From: Promethearchaeota archaeon
GTDB lineage: Archaea > Asgardarchaeota > Lokiarchaeia > Sigyniarchaeales > SOKP01
Length of the DNA stretch: 64,000 bases
Assembly (NCBI GenBank): GCA_016840085.1
Contig: JAEOTA010000052.1
Span: forward strand, 1-64,000
Direction: 5' to 3'
Below, piece by piece: positions 10,786-20,008 of this stretch (position 1 is its first letter; every line of letters begins with the position of its first letter). Made by a program: the position numbers and the translations under genes. The notes beneath the pieces were generated by a model, which did not search any database, was not told where the DNA came from, and was given only the letters and a program-made list of their open reading frames with translations.

Positions 10786-11658
10786 TTATTTATTATTGAA
10801 TTCTTTGAGGAGTGTTGAAAAATCCTTCTCTTCCTCTGAAGCCTTTAAAAAAGCAAGAACTTCATATAATTCTTGATTATTTTTAACTCCTGGTATAACA
10901 GTTGAGACACCAGTTTGAGAAAGAGTGTAATTCATGCATTTTATTGGACTAATACTTTTAGGTATCTTCTTTTTCAAACTAATACCACCTGTTTGATATT
11001 TCGCAATAGTTACTGTCCTATTTGTTTGAAGGAGTTTTCCTCCAGCAAAAGGTTTAATAGCCACTAGTCCTACTTTATTTTTTATACATGCTTTTAAAAA
11101 TTCTTCTCTTCCGAGCATAGTATGATTTACCATATTAATTTGGTGCATTACTACATCAAAATGCCCACTGTTAGCAGCATTTAATCCTATAGAATTACTA
11201 TGAGTACTTATCCCAATAAATTTTGCCTTTCCCTCTTTTTGTAGCTTTTTTGCTAAATCTAATAATCCTCCCGTAGCTATTAAGGATTCATATTCTTTTT
11301 CTTTAACAAACTGTAAATTAATAATATCTATGTAATCTCTTCTTAATAAAGACAATGTTTTTAATATTGTCTTCTCACAATCTCTGATATTACGAGTTCT
11401 TCGAACTTTTCCCTCATATTCTATTGATCCTAAATGGCACGCAATTTTTACCTTATCTCTTTTGTCTTTAATCGCCGCACTAATGTTCTCAATATAATTA
11501 GACACATTGAAAACTAGATCAAAATAATTTATTCCATTTTCAATTGCCTCTTGAATTACAGAAATAACAGTCTCACGAGGTTGACGATATAAATATTCAG
11601 TACCTAAACCAATCTCACTTACCTTTAAACCAGTTGTTCCTAATTCACGCAATTTCAT
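10786..11658 (-). CDS. Aldo/keto reductase
   Basis: LGTTGLKVSEIGLG, GINYFD, KFIGISTH, IKPFAGG. Confidence 0.88.
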   Translation of the reverse strand: MKLRELGTTGLKVSEIGLGTEYLYRQPRETVISVIQEAIENGINYFDLVFNVSNYIENISAAIKDKRDKVKIACHLGSIEYEGKVRRTRNIRDCEKTILKTLSLLRRDYIDIINLQFVKEKEYESLIATGGLLDLAKKLQKEGKAKFIGISTHSNSIGLNAANSGHFDVVMHQINMVNHTMLGREEFLKACIKNKVGLVAIKPFAGGKLLQTNRTVTIAKYQTGGISLKKKIPKSISPIKCMNYTLSQTGVSTVIPGVKNNQELYEVLAFLKASEEEKDFSTLLKEFNNK

Positions 11659-11787
11659 GTTTTATATTAACTTGTATTTTATTCTTAATAAGTAATGTAT
11701 ATAAATTATAGTTTAAACAAAATTTAAAAAGTGAAGTAGTATAGAGAATTTTTATAAAAGAAAAGAGAAAAAATATTTTTTATAGAA

Positions 11788-12087
11788 TTAACTTATTGCT
11801 CCTAGAAATGTTGCTAGAAGTACAATTATACCACCTATTAAGCTTGCAAAGACTATTAAAAGTATTCCTAAAATTCCTATAAAAACAGGTGCATAATGTA
11901 TTGGTTTAACACCTAATCCAATAGCTAAAATGGAGAATATTAACGCAAAGATGCCACCAACCATGCCAAATCCATATAGTAAATAATCTATCCCAATTAT
12001 TTCGACTATAGCTTCAATTAAAGCAATAATACCTCCAATTATAGCCATAATTCGCATTGTTTTATCTGTTTCCTGCACTTCACCCAT
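11788..12087 (-). CDS. Small multi-pass membrane protein
   Basis: 99 aa, 3-4 Gly-rich hydrophobic helices. Confidence 0.7.
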   Translation of the reverse strand: MGEVQETDKTMRIMAIIGGIIALIEAIVEIIGIDYLLYGFGMVGGIFALIFSILAIGLGVKPIHYAPVFIGILGILLIVFASLIGGIIVLLATFLGAIS

Positions 12088-12213
12088 ACAAATTCACTAA
12101 CTATTTTTTTTTAATTATTAATTAAAAAGAAGATCAACAACACTTAAAAACTTATAAAAATTAGTAGATGTTTATTTTTAATATCTATTCTTTTATTGTG
12201 ATACTATTAAATT

Positions 12214-13731
12214 ATGTCTTCAGAACAATTTCAACTGCTACTCAAAACAATTAGAACTGGAGATCTATCTCAATTTGAAGACTTTTGTGCCTATTTTAAC
12301 AATATGGAATTTCTGGATTTGTCTGATATGGTTGATTTTATGGAAATTGAAGATAATAAAGAAAAATGCTATTATTTAGCTCTCTCCAGATTACTTTCCT
12401 CGTTAAGATTTGGAGAATTTGAGCAATTAATTGATCATTCTGATAAGATGGGGATTTTTATTGAAGTTAGAAAAATTCCATTTAGATTTAAAATTATTGC
12501 AGATTTACATTTAGATGGTATGCAAAGAGGTATGACTGGCAGGATTTTTGAAATCATACGATTTTTTAATAAATACAATTTATTTGAAATGAATTTTACA
12601 AATGAGGAATTAGAATTAATCGAAGATATAAAAAAAAGTAATAGATCTCTTGTCGCTAATTTAAAAGATTTATTTGGAAAAGTATCAAATTCATTGATTT
12701 TTTATTCTTGTAAAATTATGCCTTATGATCTATATTTAAATTTTGTTGTAAGAGTCAAATCCTATTTACGTAACGAATTACGCTCTGAATTAAGAGGTAG
12801 ATTCAATATAAGATTTTTAAAAAACTGGACTGATTGGTATTCAATGTATGGTTTAAGTGTTAGGTATTTAAGCACCGTGCAGCAATTCATGGACACGCTC
12901 GAGAAAAATTACGGATTTTATGAAAACTTAGCAATCAAAGAAAAGAAAAAGGATTTTTACGAAAATAAGGATTTTTTAGAATTTAATGTCATGTACCGAA
13001 CTTTTTATGACATTGAAGAGAATCAAGAATATCGTGAAATAAAAAAGCATTTCGTTTCTCTCGACAATGTTCTAAAAAATAAAGAAAATATTTTGAAAAA
13101 AGATAATTATAAGTTCTATAGCCTTTCTATGGTACTTTTTGGAGGATTAGGACCTCAAGGATTAGGATTTACTTATTCCACTCCGAGGGGAGAAGTCATT
13201 GAAATCTGTTCCGATCAAAAAGAAGCTGAAGCAATTATAATAAAATTCAAGCAATATTTAAAAAGGAAATTTCTGGGTAAACTTGATGAGGAACTAGAAA
13301 ATTTGGGAATAGACGCTGACATTAGAACTAAAATAAATGACTATTTATTAGAGCTCCTAAATCCAAAAGATTTAATTAGTTATTATGATAGAGACCCGAT
13401 TTTAAAAAAGATCAGGTCCTTTCTATATCAAATTGAGGAATTTCAACAGACTTATAAATCAGAACTAAAATCAGTTATAAAGAAAATTTCTAAAGCTGTT
13501 ACTATTATTCTTAGGAGGATTAAAGTAAAGGATCAATTCATAACACGGATGGATCTCGTCGCAAAAGGTAAAATTAAATCTGAAGATATCGCAAAATTAA
13601 CAAGTCTGAGGGGAAAGTCTCATTATGATGTTTTGAGGGAAAGATTTTTCTTTCAAAATGAAATAAATTGGTTTTTCGAGGATTATTCTGAAGAAATAAA
13701 TGAACTTGACAAACAATTTTCAATGTTTTAA
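12214..13731 (+). CDS. Hypothetical protein
   Basis: 505-aa ORF with genome-typical composition; only a GGLGPQGLGFTYSTPRGE segment stands out. Confidence 0.7.
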   Translation: MSSEQFQLLLKTIRTGDLSQFEDFCAYFNNMEFLDLSDMVDFMEIEDNKEKCYYLALSRLLSSLRFGEFEQLIDHSDKMGIFIEVRKIPFRFKIIADLHLDGMQRGMTGRIFEIIRFFNKYNLFEMNFTNEELELIEDIKKSNRSLVANLKDLFGKVSNSLIFYSCKIMPYDLYLNFVVRVKSYLRNELRSELRGRFNIRFLKNWTDWYSMYGLSVRYLSTVQQFMDTLEKNYGFYENLAIKEKKKDFYENKDFLEFNVMYRTFYDIEENQEYREIKKHFVSLDNVLKNKENILKKDNYKFYSLSMVLFGGLGPQGLGFTYSTPRGEVIEICSDQKEAEAIIIKFKQYLKRKFLGKLDEELENLGIDADIRTKINDYLLELLNPKDLISYYDRDPILKKIRSFLYQIEEFQQTYKSELKSVIKKISKAVTIILRRIKVKDQFITRMDLVAKGKIKSEDIAKLTSLRGKSHYDVLRERFFFQNEINWFFEDYSEEINELDKQFSMF

Positions 13732-13751
13732 ATGGATATTGATTCTGAAAA

Positions 13752-13855
13752 TGGGAGAGGGGGGAATTGAACCCCCGACCAGTACCTTATCGCTAAGATA
13801 TTAAGCGACTTCTCGGCCCCCAGCCGAGTATCATACCAAGCTAGACCACCCTCCC
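13752..13855 (-). tRNA. tRNA-Pro(GGG) with ~30-nt insert (probable non-canonical intron, ~13781-13810) in the variable region
   Basis: Acceptor GGGAGGG/CTCTCCC-A; anticodon arm CTCGG-CTGGGGG-CCGAG; T arm GGGGG-TTCAATT-CCCCC; 104 nt total versus 74 nt mature. Confidence 0.9.
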
Positions 13856-14064
13856 TTTCAGAAAAGGGGGTTTCTCGTAAAAGATATTTGTGAAAAAAAG
13901 TTCTAAATAGAATCTGTATTATTAAGAATCATAAATTCTATTTATTTTTAATTATCATTAGTAAAAATGATTATAGTTCAATAATTTATTCTGATAATTT
14001 TTAAATTCTTTTGAGAGTTTACATTATTAATTTTTTTTTACATTTTTCTTTATCAATTACAATC

Positions 14065-14361
14065 ATGCGTTCTAGAAAACCATTCATTATTTTTTGGCCT
14101 CAATATTTCGATGCAAAAAGAAGTCGAGGTAGAGGTAGAAGGATACCTAAAAAATTTGCGATAGATAAAATTTCACTTAATGATATCTCTAAAGCAGCGA
14201 AAAATTTAGGATATAACGCTCAGATTGAAAAAGGCTATAAATATTCTAGAACGTGGTGGGAAGATCCTGGAAGGGTTTTGATAGACACGAAGGGAAAGCA
14301 AAAATCGAAAGTTTTACTCGAAGTTGCTAAAGAAATTAGAAAAATTCAATCAAAAACTTAG
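14065..14361 (+). CDS. srp19: Signal recognition particle protein SRP19
   Basis: IFWPQYFDAKRSRGRGRRIPK, YSRTWWEDPGRV; ATG at 14065. Confidence 0.93.
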   Translation: MRSRKPFIIFWPQYFDAKRSRGRGRRIPKKFAIDKISLNDISKAAKNLGYNAQIEKGYKYSRTWWEDPGRVLIDTKGKQKSKVLLEVAKEIRKIQSKT

Positions 14362-14371
14362 AACAAGAATT

Positions 14372-14743
14372 ATGCATGAATTTTCATTTGCTTACGATAT
14401 TTTTAAAGTAGCTGAATCTACAGCATTAAAATATAATGCGACAAAAATAACTGAAGTTCTTCTTGAAATTGGAGAATTAACTCTTATTGTACCTGAACTT
14501 CTTAAACGTTCCTTTGAGATGGCCACAAAAGGATCAATAGCTGAGGGAGCGAAATTGAATATTAAAATGCTCCCTGGAAAAATCAAATGTAGAGAATGCG
14601 ATAAAGTATCAGAAGTCTCGATAACTAAGGAAGCACAATTAACTGGATTACAATTATTTCAATGTTCTCATTGTGGGAGCAATAATACTGAAATAGTTGA
14701 AGGGAAAAAAGCTAATGTTAAAAATATTAAAATCCAAGAATAG
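14372..14743 (+). CDS. hypA: Hydrogenase maturation nickel metallochaperone HypA
   Basis: N-terminal MHE, IGELT, CREC..CSHC; ATG at 14372. Confidence 0.93.
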   Translation: MHEFSFAYDIFKVAESTALKYNATKITEVLLEIGELTLIVPELLKRSFEMATKGSIAEGAKLNIKMLPGKIKCRECDKVSEVSITKEAQLTGLQLFQCSHCGSNNTEIVEGKKANVKNIKIQE

Positions 14744-14815
14744 CCACTAATTAGGCAAAACCTATCTCTAAATATTATTTATAAATTTCTACTTCAAGTA
14801 AAAGAATATTTAACT

Positions 14816-15193
14816 TCAAATAAGGACTCCATTCAACACGCCATGCTGCCCGGGTCTACTAGTAATTCTTGCATTCCCTAATTCCGTTTCTACAACAGCT
14901 CCTTTTGTTAGTACATGTCTTCGATTCAAATCCTTTGAAGCAGCATTACTCTCAAATCCTAGGATCCTAGTTTTTGTTGTTTTATTCGTATTTGGGTCAG
15001 TTACATTAATATAATTTGTGGAAAATAACCTGATCTTTCTATTGTCCCCCATCGTCCTTTGTGGCTTCTTCTTATCTGGACCTATGAGCGTATCAATAGT
15101 AGGGCGTTCAAGTTCTCTTTTCCTTTTCTTTCTAAAACGCTTATATTTTTTCCCAGTATACTTACGCTTACTACGCGCATGACTTCGTGCCAT
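14816..15193 (-). CDS. rps8e: Ribosomal protein S8e
   Basis: RSKRKYTGK, LTKGAVVETELG, TSRPGQHGVLNG. Confidence 0.97.
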   Translation of the reverse strand: MARSHARSKRKYTGKKYKRFRKKRKRELERPTIDTLIGPDKKKPQRTMGDNRKIRLFSTNYINVTDPNTNKTTKTRILGFESNAASKDLNRRHVLTKGAVVETELGNARITSRPGQHGVLNGVLI

Positions 15194-15373
15194 TAAATAT
15201 TAACCTAAGAGAATATTACAGATTATTATTGATAACGAAGGATATCTTTAAAATTTTTTTAAAAAATTGAATTAAATTATGTTTTATTAAAGTAAAATAA
15301 ATATAGAAATATTATTTATTATATTATATCTTTCAAATAGCTATTTATTACAGAAAAAAGCGTATTAATTAAA

Positions 15374-16015
15374 ATGATGGAAAATAACAGTAATCTTAAA
15401 CAATTAGATCAAGAACAGCTTGAAAAAATGCTCAAATCTGGCACCACAACCGTTGGAATAATCATTAAAAATGGAGTGATTATGGGTACAGAATCACAAG
15501 CAACTGCGGGTTATACTGTTGCTTCTAAACAAGCACAAAAATTATTTGAGATTAATAAGTTTACAGCAGCTACCATCGCAGGGGGAGTAGCTGATTGTCA
15601 ATATGTTGTAAATCAAGTACGAGCATTATCACGCTTAAAAGAAGTTGAAGAAGCAGAAGTTCCAGAACCTAAGTATGTTGCAAGTATAACCAGAAACATA
15701 TTATTCAGTGGAAGAACATATTTTATTGCTATGATGCTTGTTGGGGGCTATTCACAAAGAGAGAAAAAAGGCAAGCTGTATGGAATTGACCTATTAGGTG
15801 CACTCTACGAGGAACCAGAGTATCTTTCTTTCGGCTCCGGATCGCCCTTTTCTTTAGGTGTGTTAGAGGCGGATTGGAAGCCAAATATGACTAAAAAAGC
15901 CGGACTCGATCTTATTAAAACAGCAATTTCAAGTTCACGAGAAAGAGATGTGGGATCAGGATCTAAATTTCAACTTTGTACCATTAACAAAGATGGTTTT
16001 ATACAAGTTGAATAA
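15374..16015 (+). CDS. psmB: Proteasome beta subunit
   Basis: Propeptide then KSG|TTTVG (catalytic Thr), AGGVADCQ, GSGS, RDVGSG. Confidence 0.95.
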   Translation: MMENNSNLKQLDQEQLEKMLKSGTTTVGIIIKNGVIMGTESQATAGYTVASKQAQKLFEINKFTAATIAGGVADCQYVVNQVRALSRLKEVEEAEVPEPKYVASITRNILFSGRTYFIAMMLVGGYSQREKKGKLYGIDLLGALYEEPEYLSFGSGSPFSLGVLEADWKPNMTKKAGLDLIKTAISSSRERDVGSGSKFQLCTINKDGFIQVE

Positions 16016-16023
16016 ATGAATTT

Positions 16024-16107
16024 GTCATTAGCGGCTCAAAAAAACGAGACGCAGGATCAGGGTATGAAATGCAAATATGCACTATTGATAAGAATAGCTC
16101 CATATAA
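16024..16107 (+). pseudogene. Diverged duplicate of the psmB 3' end
   Basis: VISGSKKRDAGSGYEMQICTIDKNSSI* versus PsmB AISSSRERDVGSGSKFQLCTINKDGFI (from 15923): 14/27 identical, ungapped. Confidence 0.8.
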
Positions 16108-16217
16108 ATTTAATTAATATTTACATGATTCACTTAACATTAATTAGTTGATAATTACTTAATAAATCAACTGTGAGGATAAGATTAAATTAGTAAAATA
16201 TCATCTTAATATTATAT

Positions 16218-17240
16218 ATGGTTAACCAAGACAGAAAAGAATTTGTTATCAATAGCCACTTGACTCTAAAATTAGAGAATGGAAAAACGATAATTTACAT
16301 TGATAATGAAGAATTCCTTATTTGTAAGACAGCAATTCTAGATATTCCTAAAGATATAATATCTGAAATTAAGTCAATAGATGATATTATAGATGTATCA
16401 AAAATTGTTGAAAAAGAAGATTTAGCAAAGTATAAAATCACTTCATTAACTGAATTTTGGGCTCATTGTTCAAACCTTCAGATATGGGCTGAAAATGAAT
16501 ATAACTCTGATTTTTTAGATAGTAGATTAACATTCCCTCTGTTAAAGCGGTTAACAGAAGTGGGAGATAGAATTGCTAAAAAAAAATTTAAAGAAGAAAT
16601 CGCACGAAGATATGCACATGGCACATATGACACAAAATCCTTCTTAGAATTTGAGGGGTTTCTCGACGATTTTACTATGGAGGAATTAATAATTGGTGGT
16701 TTGAGCTTTGAGGAAAGCTCCTTATTATTAGACATTATTGAATTTATGAAAAAAAAAGAAATAACTTACGAAATGGTTCTGTCATTTGATGAAGATAAAG
16801 TTCGTCATAGACTAAGCTCTTCTGAACGATTTTTAACCTTAGAGAATGGAGACGTATATATCTTTGAATTCGACTTGTTTGACAACTCTGCACACCTATT
16901 TAACAGATTCTCATCATTTAAAGGCATGCGAAATTTAATTATATTTCTAGGGGATCTTAAGGAACAATTGCCTGATTTTTCCAAAATTAAATGTAAATCA
17001 ATAATTGCTTTAGAAATTTCTCATTATTCTTTTTCAGAAATTCCTTCTAAAATATTTTTTTGTTTCCCAAATTTAGAATATTTAAGAATTTATAGTCCAT
17101 TTAAACCTAGTCTAAAAAATGTAGATTCTATAATTTCTCTGGAAAAATTAAAAATGATAAGGATTAATGATTGCCTTGATGGAGAAAATTATCAGAAAAT
17201 ACTCTCTCTTAAAAAAAGGGGTGTAGAAATAAAAAATTAA
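16218..17240 (+). CDS. Lokiarchaeal LRR-family protein (conserved N-terminal domain + degenerate LRRs)
   Basis: LTLKLENGKTIIYID..EFWAHCSNLQIW matches the N-domain of 4266-5605; FPNLEYLRI and LEKLKMIRI repeats. Confidence 0.8.
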   Translation: MVNQDRKEFVINSHLTLKLENGKTIIYIDNEEFLICKTAILDIPKDIISEIKSIDDIIDVSKIVEKEDLAKYKITSLTEFWAHCSNLQIWAENEYNSDFLDSRLTFPLLKRLTEVGDRIAKKKFKEEIARRYAHGTYDTKSFLEFEGFLDDFTMEELIIGGLSFEESSLLLDIIEFMKKKEITYEMVLSFDEDKVRHRLSSSERFLTLENGDVYIFEFDLFDNSAHLFNRFSSFKGMRNLIIFLGDLKEQLPDFSKIKCKSIIALEISHYSFSEIPSKIFFCFPNLEYLRIYSPFKPSLKNVDSIISLEKLKMIRINDCLDGENYQKILSLKKRGVEIKN

Positions 17241-17253
17241 AAAAACTAATTTA

Positions 17254-17676
17254 CTAAATATAACCATGCCATAGAATATATTGTGAAAAGCCTTTACTCC
17301 TCATATAAGTCTCTAAATCACTTAATAAGCTGTCATGATAAATCCATGCCTCATTCTTGTGATTAAATGTTATACAAACTACTTTTTTTACACCATATTC
17401 CTTCTTTAAAATTTTAGCATAAACAGCCACTTGAGGTATTGATTGAATGAAACTACTTGACAAAACGGTGGTCTTGGGGTCTCCTAATCCATCAGGCTTG
17501 TAATCACATACGAATAAAGTATCTCCAACCTTTAAAAGTATATCAAGATGTCCAGTTAATAGACCTGCCTTAGATTTTACCCAAAGTGGTAATTCTGTAG
17601 ATATTAAGTAAGACGCTAATCTTTTCTTAATCTCCTTTTGTATACCGCTATGGGAAAGGTGGTTCCAACCTTTCAA
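17254..17676 (-). pseudogene. PD-(D/E)XK (RecB/Cas4-like) nuclease domain, probably 5'-truncated
   Basis: E..LTGHLDIL..VCDYKP..QVAVY motifs; only a TTG start next to a tandem AAGACTTAA repeat. Confidence 0.7.
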
Positions 17677-17705
17677 GACTTAAAAGACTTAAAAATAACT
17701 ACAAA

Positions 17706-18363
17706 ATGCTTATGTTAATATCTTGGTTGTTAGCAGGAATATTCTTACTATTTGGTATACTAAATACTGTAATAGTGATTGTTCCTGAAGGATACATTGA
17801 AAGAATAGTAGGGGCTTTTGTGGCGGGAGGAGTTGCAACCATACTTGGTTTTATTTTTAGAATGCTCAAAGTAAAAAAAAAATGAGAAAATTCAGTCTAT
17901 CCGGCAGCAATTACGAGGTAAAGCAAGAAATTTCGAAGGATATATAAACCAATTAAGAGAAGAGAAATTTCAATATATTTGCAGTAAATGTTTTAATGGA
18001 GTTATTCTTGATAAAAAAGCACCATCAAGGCAAGAAAAAATAGAAAAAGCAGCTAAATTTTCAATAGTATTTTGTGAAAAGTGTGGATTCAAAAATAAAA
18101 TCGAGAATAAATTTTGTAGCGATTGTGGATATACTTTAGAATCAATAAGAACTTTTGTTAATACTCGTTCAAGACACATACCTAGTCATGTGCGTCAAGA
18201 GGTATATTTAAGGGATATGGGAAAATGTGTAGAATGTGACAGTAGAGAAAATATTCAATATGATCATATTATTCCTTTTAGCAAAGGGGGGGCACATAGT
18301 GTTGAAAATATACAAATATTATGTCAGCGATGTAATTTAGCAAAATCAGATAAAATTGTGTAA
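17706..18363 (+). pseudogene. Membrane-anchored Zn-ribbon HNH endonuclease, frameshifted at A10 (17873-17882)
   Basis: 17706-17885 encodes two TM helices. The +1 frame encodes CSKC, CEKC..CSDC and RDMGKCVEC..YDHIIPFSKGG..ENIQILCQRCNLAKSDKI*. A9 would give 218 aa. Absent from the ORF track. Confidence 0.85.
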
Positions 18364-18437
18364 ATAAAAAATAAATTGCTGAATAAAGTAGAAGGTGTTT
18401 TTAATACTAATTTCTAACTTCTTTTTTTTTAATTTTT

Positions 18438-18611
18438 TTATTCTTTTTGTTTTACAAGCGAATATAAATTCACACCCTTAATAGTTCGAGTTATAAAAAC
18501 TTTTCCTTCGGCCTCTAATACCTTCAAGTAAGTGCTAACCGTGTTTCGATGATACCTTGCTCCATCTGCGACTTCTTGGATTTTGGATGTGATTCCTCTA
18601 AGAAGTCTCAA
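18438..18611 (-). pseudogene. Winged-helix DNA-binding domain fragment
   Basis: IQEVADGARYHRNTVSTYLKVLEAEGKVFITRTIKGVNLYSL; 5' end runs into the gltX duplicate. Confidence 0.65.
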
Positions 18612-18763
18612 TCGTAAAACCTGACGGATCTATAGCATACGGTAAGGGTGAAATTAATCTTTTGGATATAAAGATGAATCATACCATTCAATTCGAACGT
18701 TTTGGATTTGTGAATCCTATTGAATTGAAAAATAATCTTCTTTATTGTTATTTTACTCATTGA
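18602..18763 (+). pseudogene. Diverged duplicate of the gltX 3' end
   Basis: EVSIVKPDGSIAYGKGEINLLDIKMNHTIQFERFGFVNPIELKNNLLYCYFTH* is 38/53 identical, ungapped, to the GltX C-terminus (1961-2122). Confidence 0.92.
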
Positions 18764-19019
18764 ATAACTTCTTCTATTTTATTTGTAATAAATCCATTGT
18801 AATAATACTTTTTAATGATTTAAGTACAGAATAATATCAATCAATCAAAATAATACTAAATGTTAGAGAAAGATTTAAATTCATATAAATTGAATATGAT
18901 CGTATAAAAAATTTCAAAATTCATTATAAAAAATGGGTGCACATGAAATCTTCTAAAGAAAGATTGGCTGAATATAAAGAAAAGAAACTTATGTGCTTAT
19001 CATTGAGAGGTATTATGCA

Positions 19020-19802
19020 ATGATACGATTTGTTCACTTTTTCAACTATACTAAGGATATTTCAATCGAAAATGGTGAATTATGGTACTTAAATGAGCAT
19101 GCTCCTCGAGCTAGAAAACTACCAGGTGTACTTCATTACCTTTCATGGCATTCAATCGATCCTGGTATTCCATTTCCTCATATTGCTTCACCAACACCCT
19201 TCGATCAATTTATACGTAGAAGTGAATTGGGTTTCAAGGATTTGAAGGCATGGCAGCGTGCTATGGAAACAGATCCGGAACTTTGGACATCTTCTCTGAA
19301 AGAAAAACCGGGGTTCCGAGAGTTTGAGTGTATGCTCCTAACAGAGGAACCACAATTCGATCTCTTACGGGATGCACCACCTCAACAATATAAATATATG
19401 ACACTTCCACTCTGGTGGCCAAATGGTCGACCAGAAGTCGACGAGAATGCGGATATATTTATAGATAGTTATTGTCTCCTATACAATCCTAAAATCCCAG
19501 TTGATATTGGTGAAGATTGGTATCTTGGTCATCACACACGTGAAGGCAAGCAGTTGCCCGGAATGAAACATTATAAAACTTGGAAGACAATTTACATGCC
19601 TGAGAAACCAGAAAATTCTTTCCTAAAAATTAACAAATGGTATCGTATGACCGAGTTGGGTATGAGTATAGAAGCATTTCATGCTACTATGGTAAATAAA
19701 GAAACACGAATAAGATTCACTCCATCACCATTTGGTAATATAATAGGGGGGTGGTTGAATATCGGAATCAAGTTGGATGATGTGCAAGATCTTATGAATT
19801 AA
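19020..19802 (+). CDS. Tandem EthD-like dimeric alpha/beta barrel protein
   Basis: Two related halves (GELWYLNEHAPRARKLPG / GEDWYLGHHTREGKQLPG); GAGAGG RBS before ATG 19020. Confidence 0.65.
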   Translation: MIRFVHFFNYTKDISIENGELWYLNEHAPRARKLPGVLHYLSWHSIDPGIPFPHIASPTPFDQFIRRSELGFKDLKAWQRAMETDPELWTSSLKEKPGFREFECMLLTEEPQFDLLRDAPPQQYKYMTLPLWWPNGRPEVDENADIFIDSYCLLYNPKIPVDIGEDWYLGHHTREGKQLPGMKHYKTWKTIYMPEKPENSFLKINKWYRMTELGMSIEAFHATMVNKETRIRFTPSPFGNIIGGWLNIGIKLDDVQDLMN

Positions 19803-20008
19803 TTGTCTTCATGAGTTATATTTCTCTATTATTTTTTTACTATTTTTCTTTTGTTATAACTAATATTTAACTTATTATTTAAAAAAAAAGATAGAATTTA
19901 TTTTATTTGCCAAGTTAATCTTTCTATTACAAATAGACATATCTATTTAAATTAAAATGAAAAATCATTTCAATAATAAAAAAATAAATTTAGAGGAATG
20001 AATAAAAA

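Noticed and set aside
13860-15373. SRP (7S) RNA near srp19/rps8e
   Set aside because: Intergenic stretches are short and AT-rich, with no GC-rich ~300-nt structured sequence.
17254-17676. cas4 or a CRISPR-Cas locus
   Set aside because: No Fe-S cysteine cluster, no other cas genes, and no repeat-spacer array seen anywhere in the window.
17970-18179. 69-aa minus-strand ORF in the track
   Set aside because: Antisense shadow of the plus-strand Zn-ribbon/HNH frame.
2123-18601. Intact provirus or integrative element between the gltX repeats
   Set aside because: No integrase, transposase, capsid or replication gene; the segment contains core housekeeping genes.
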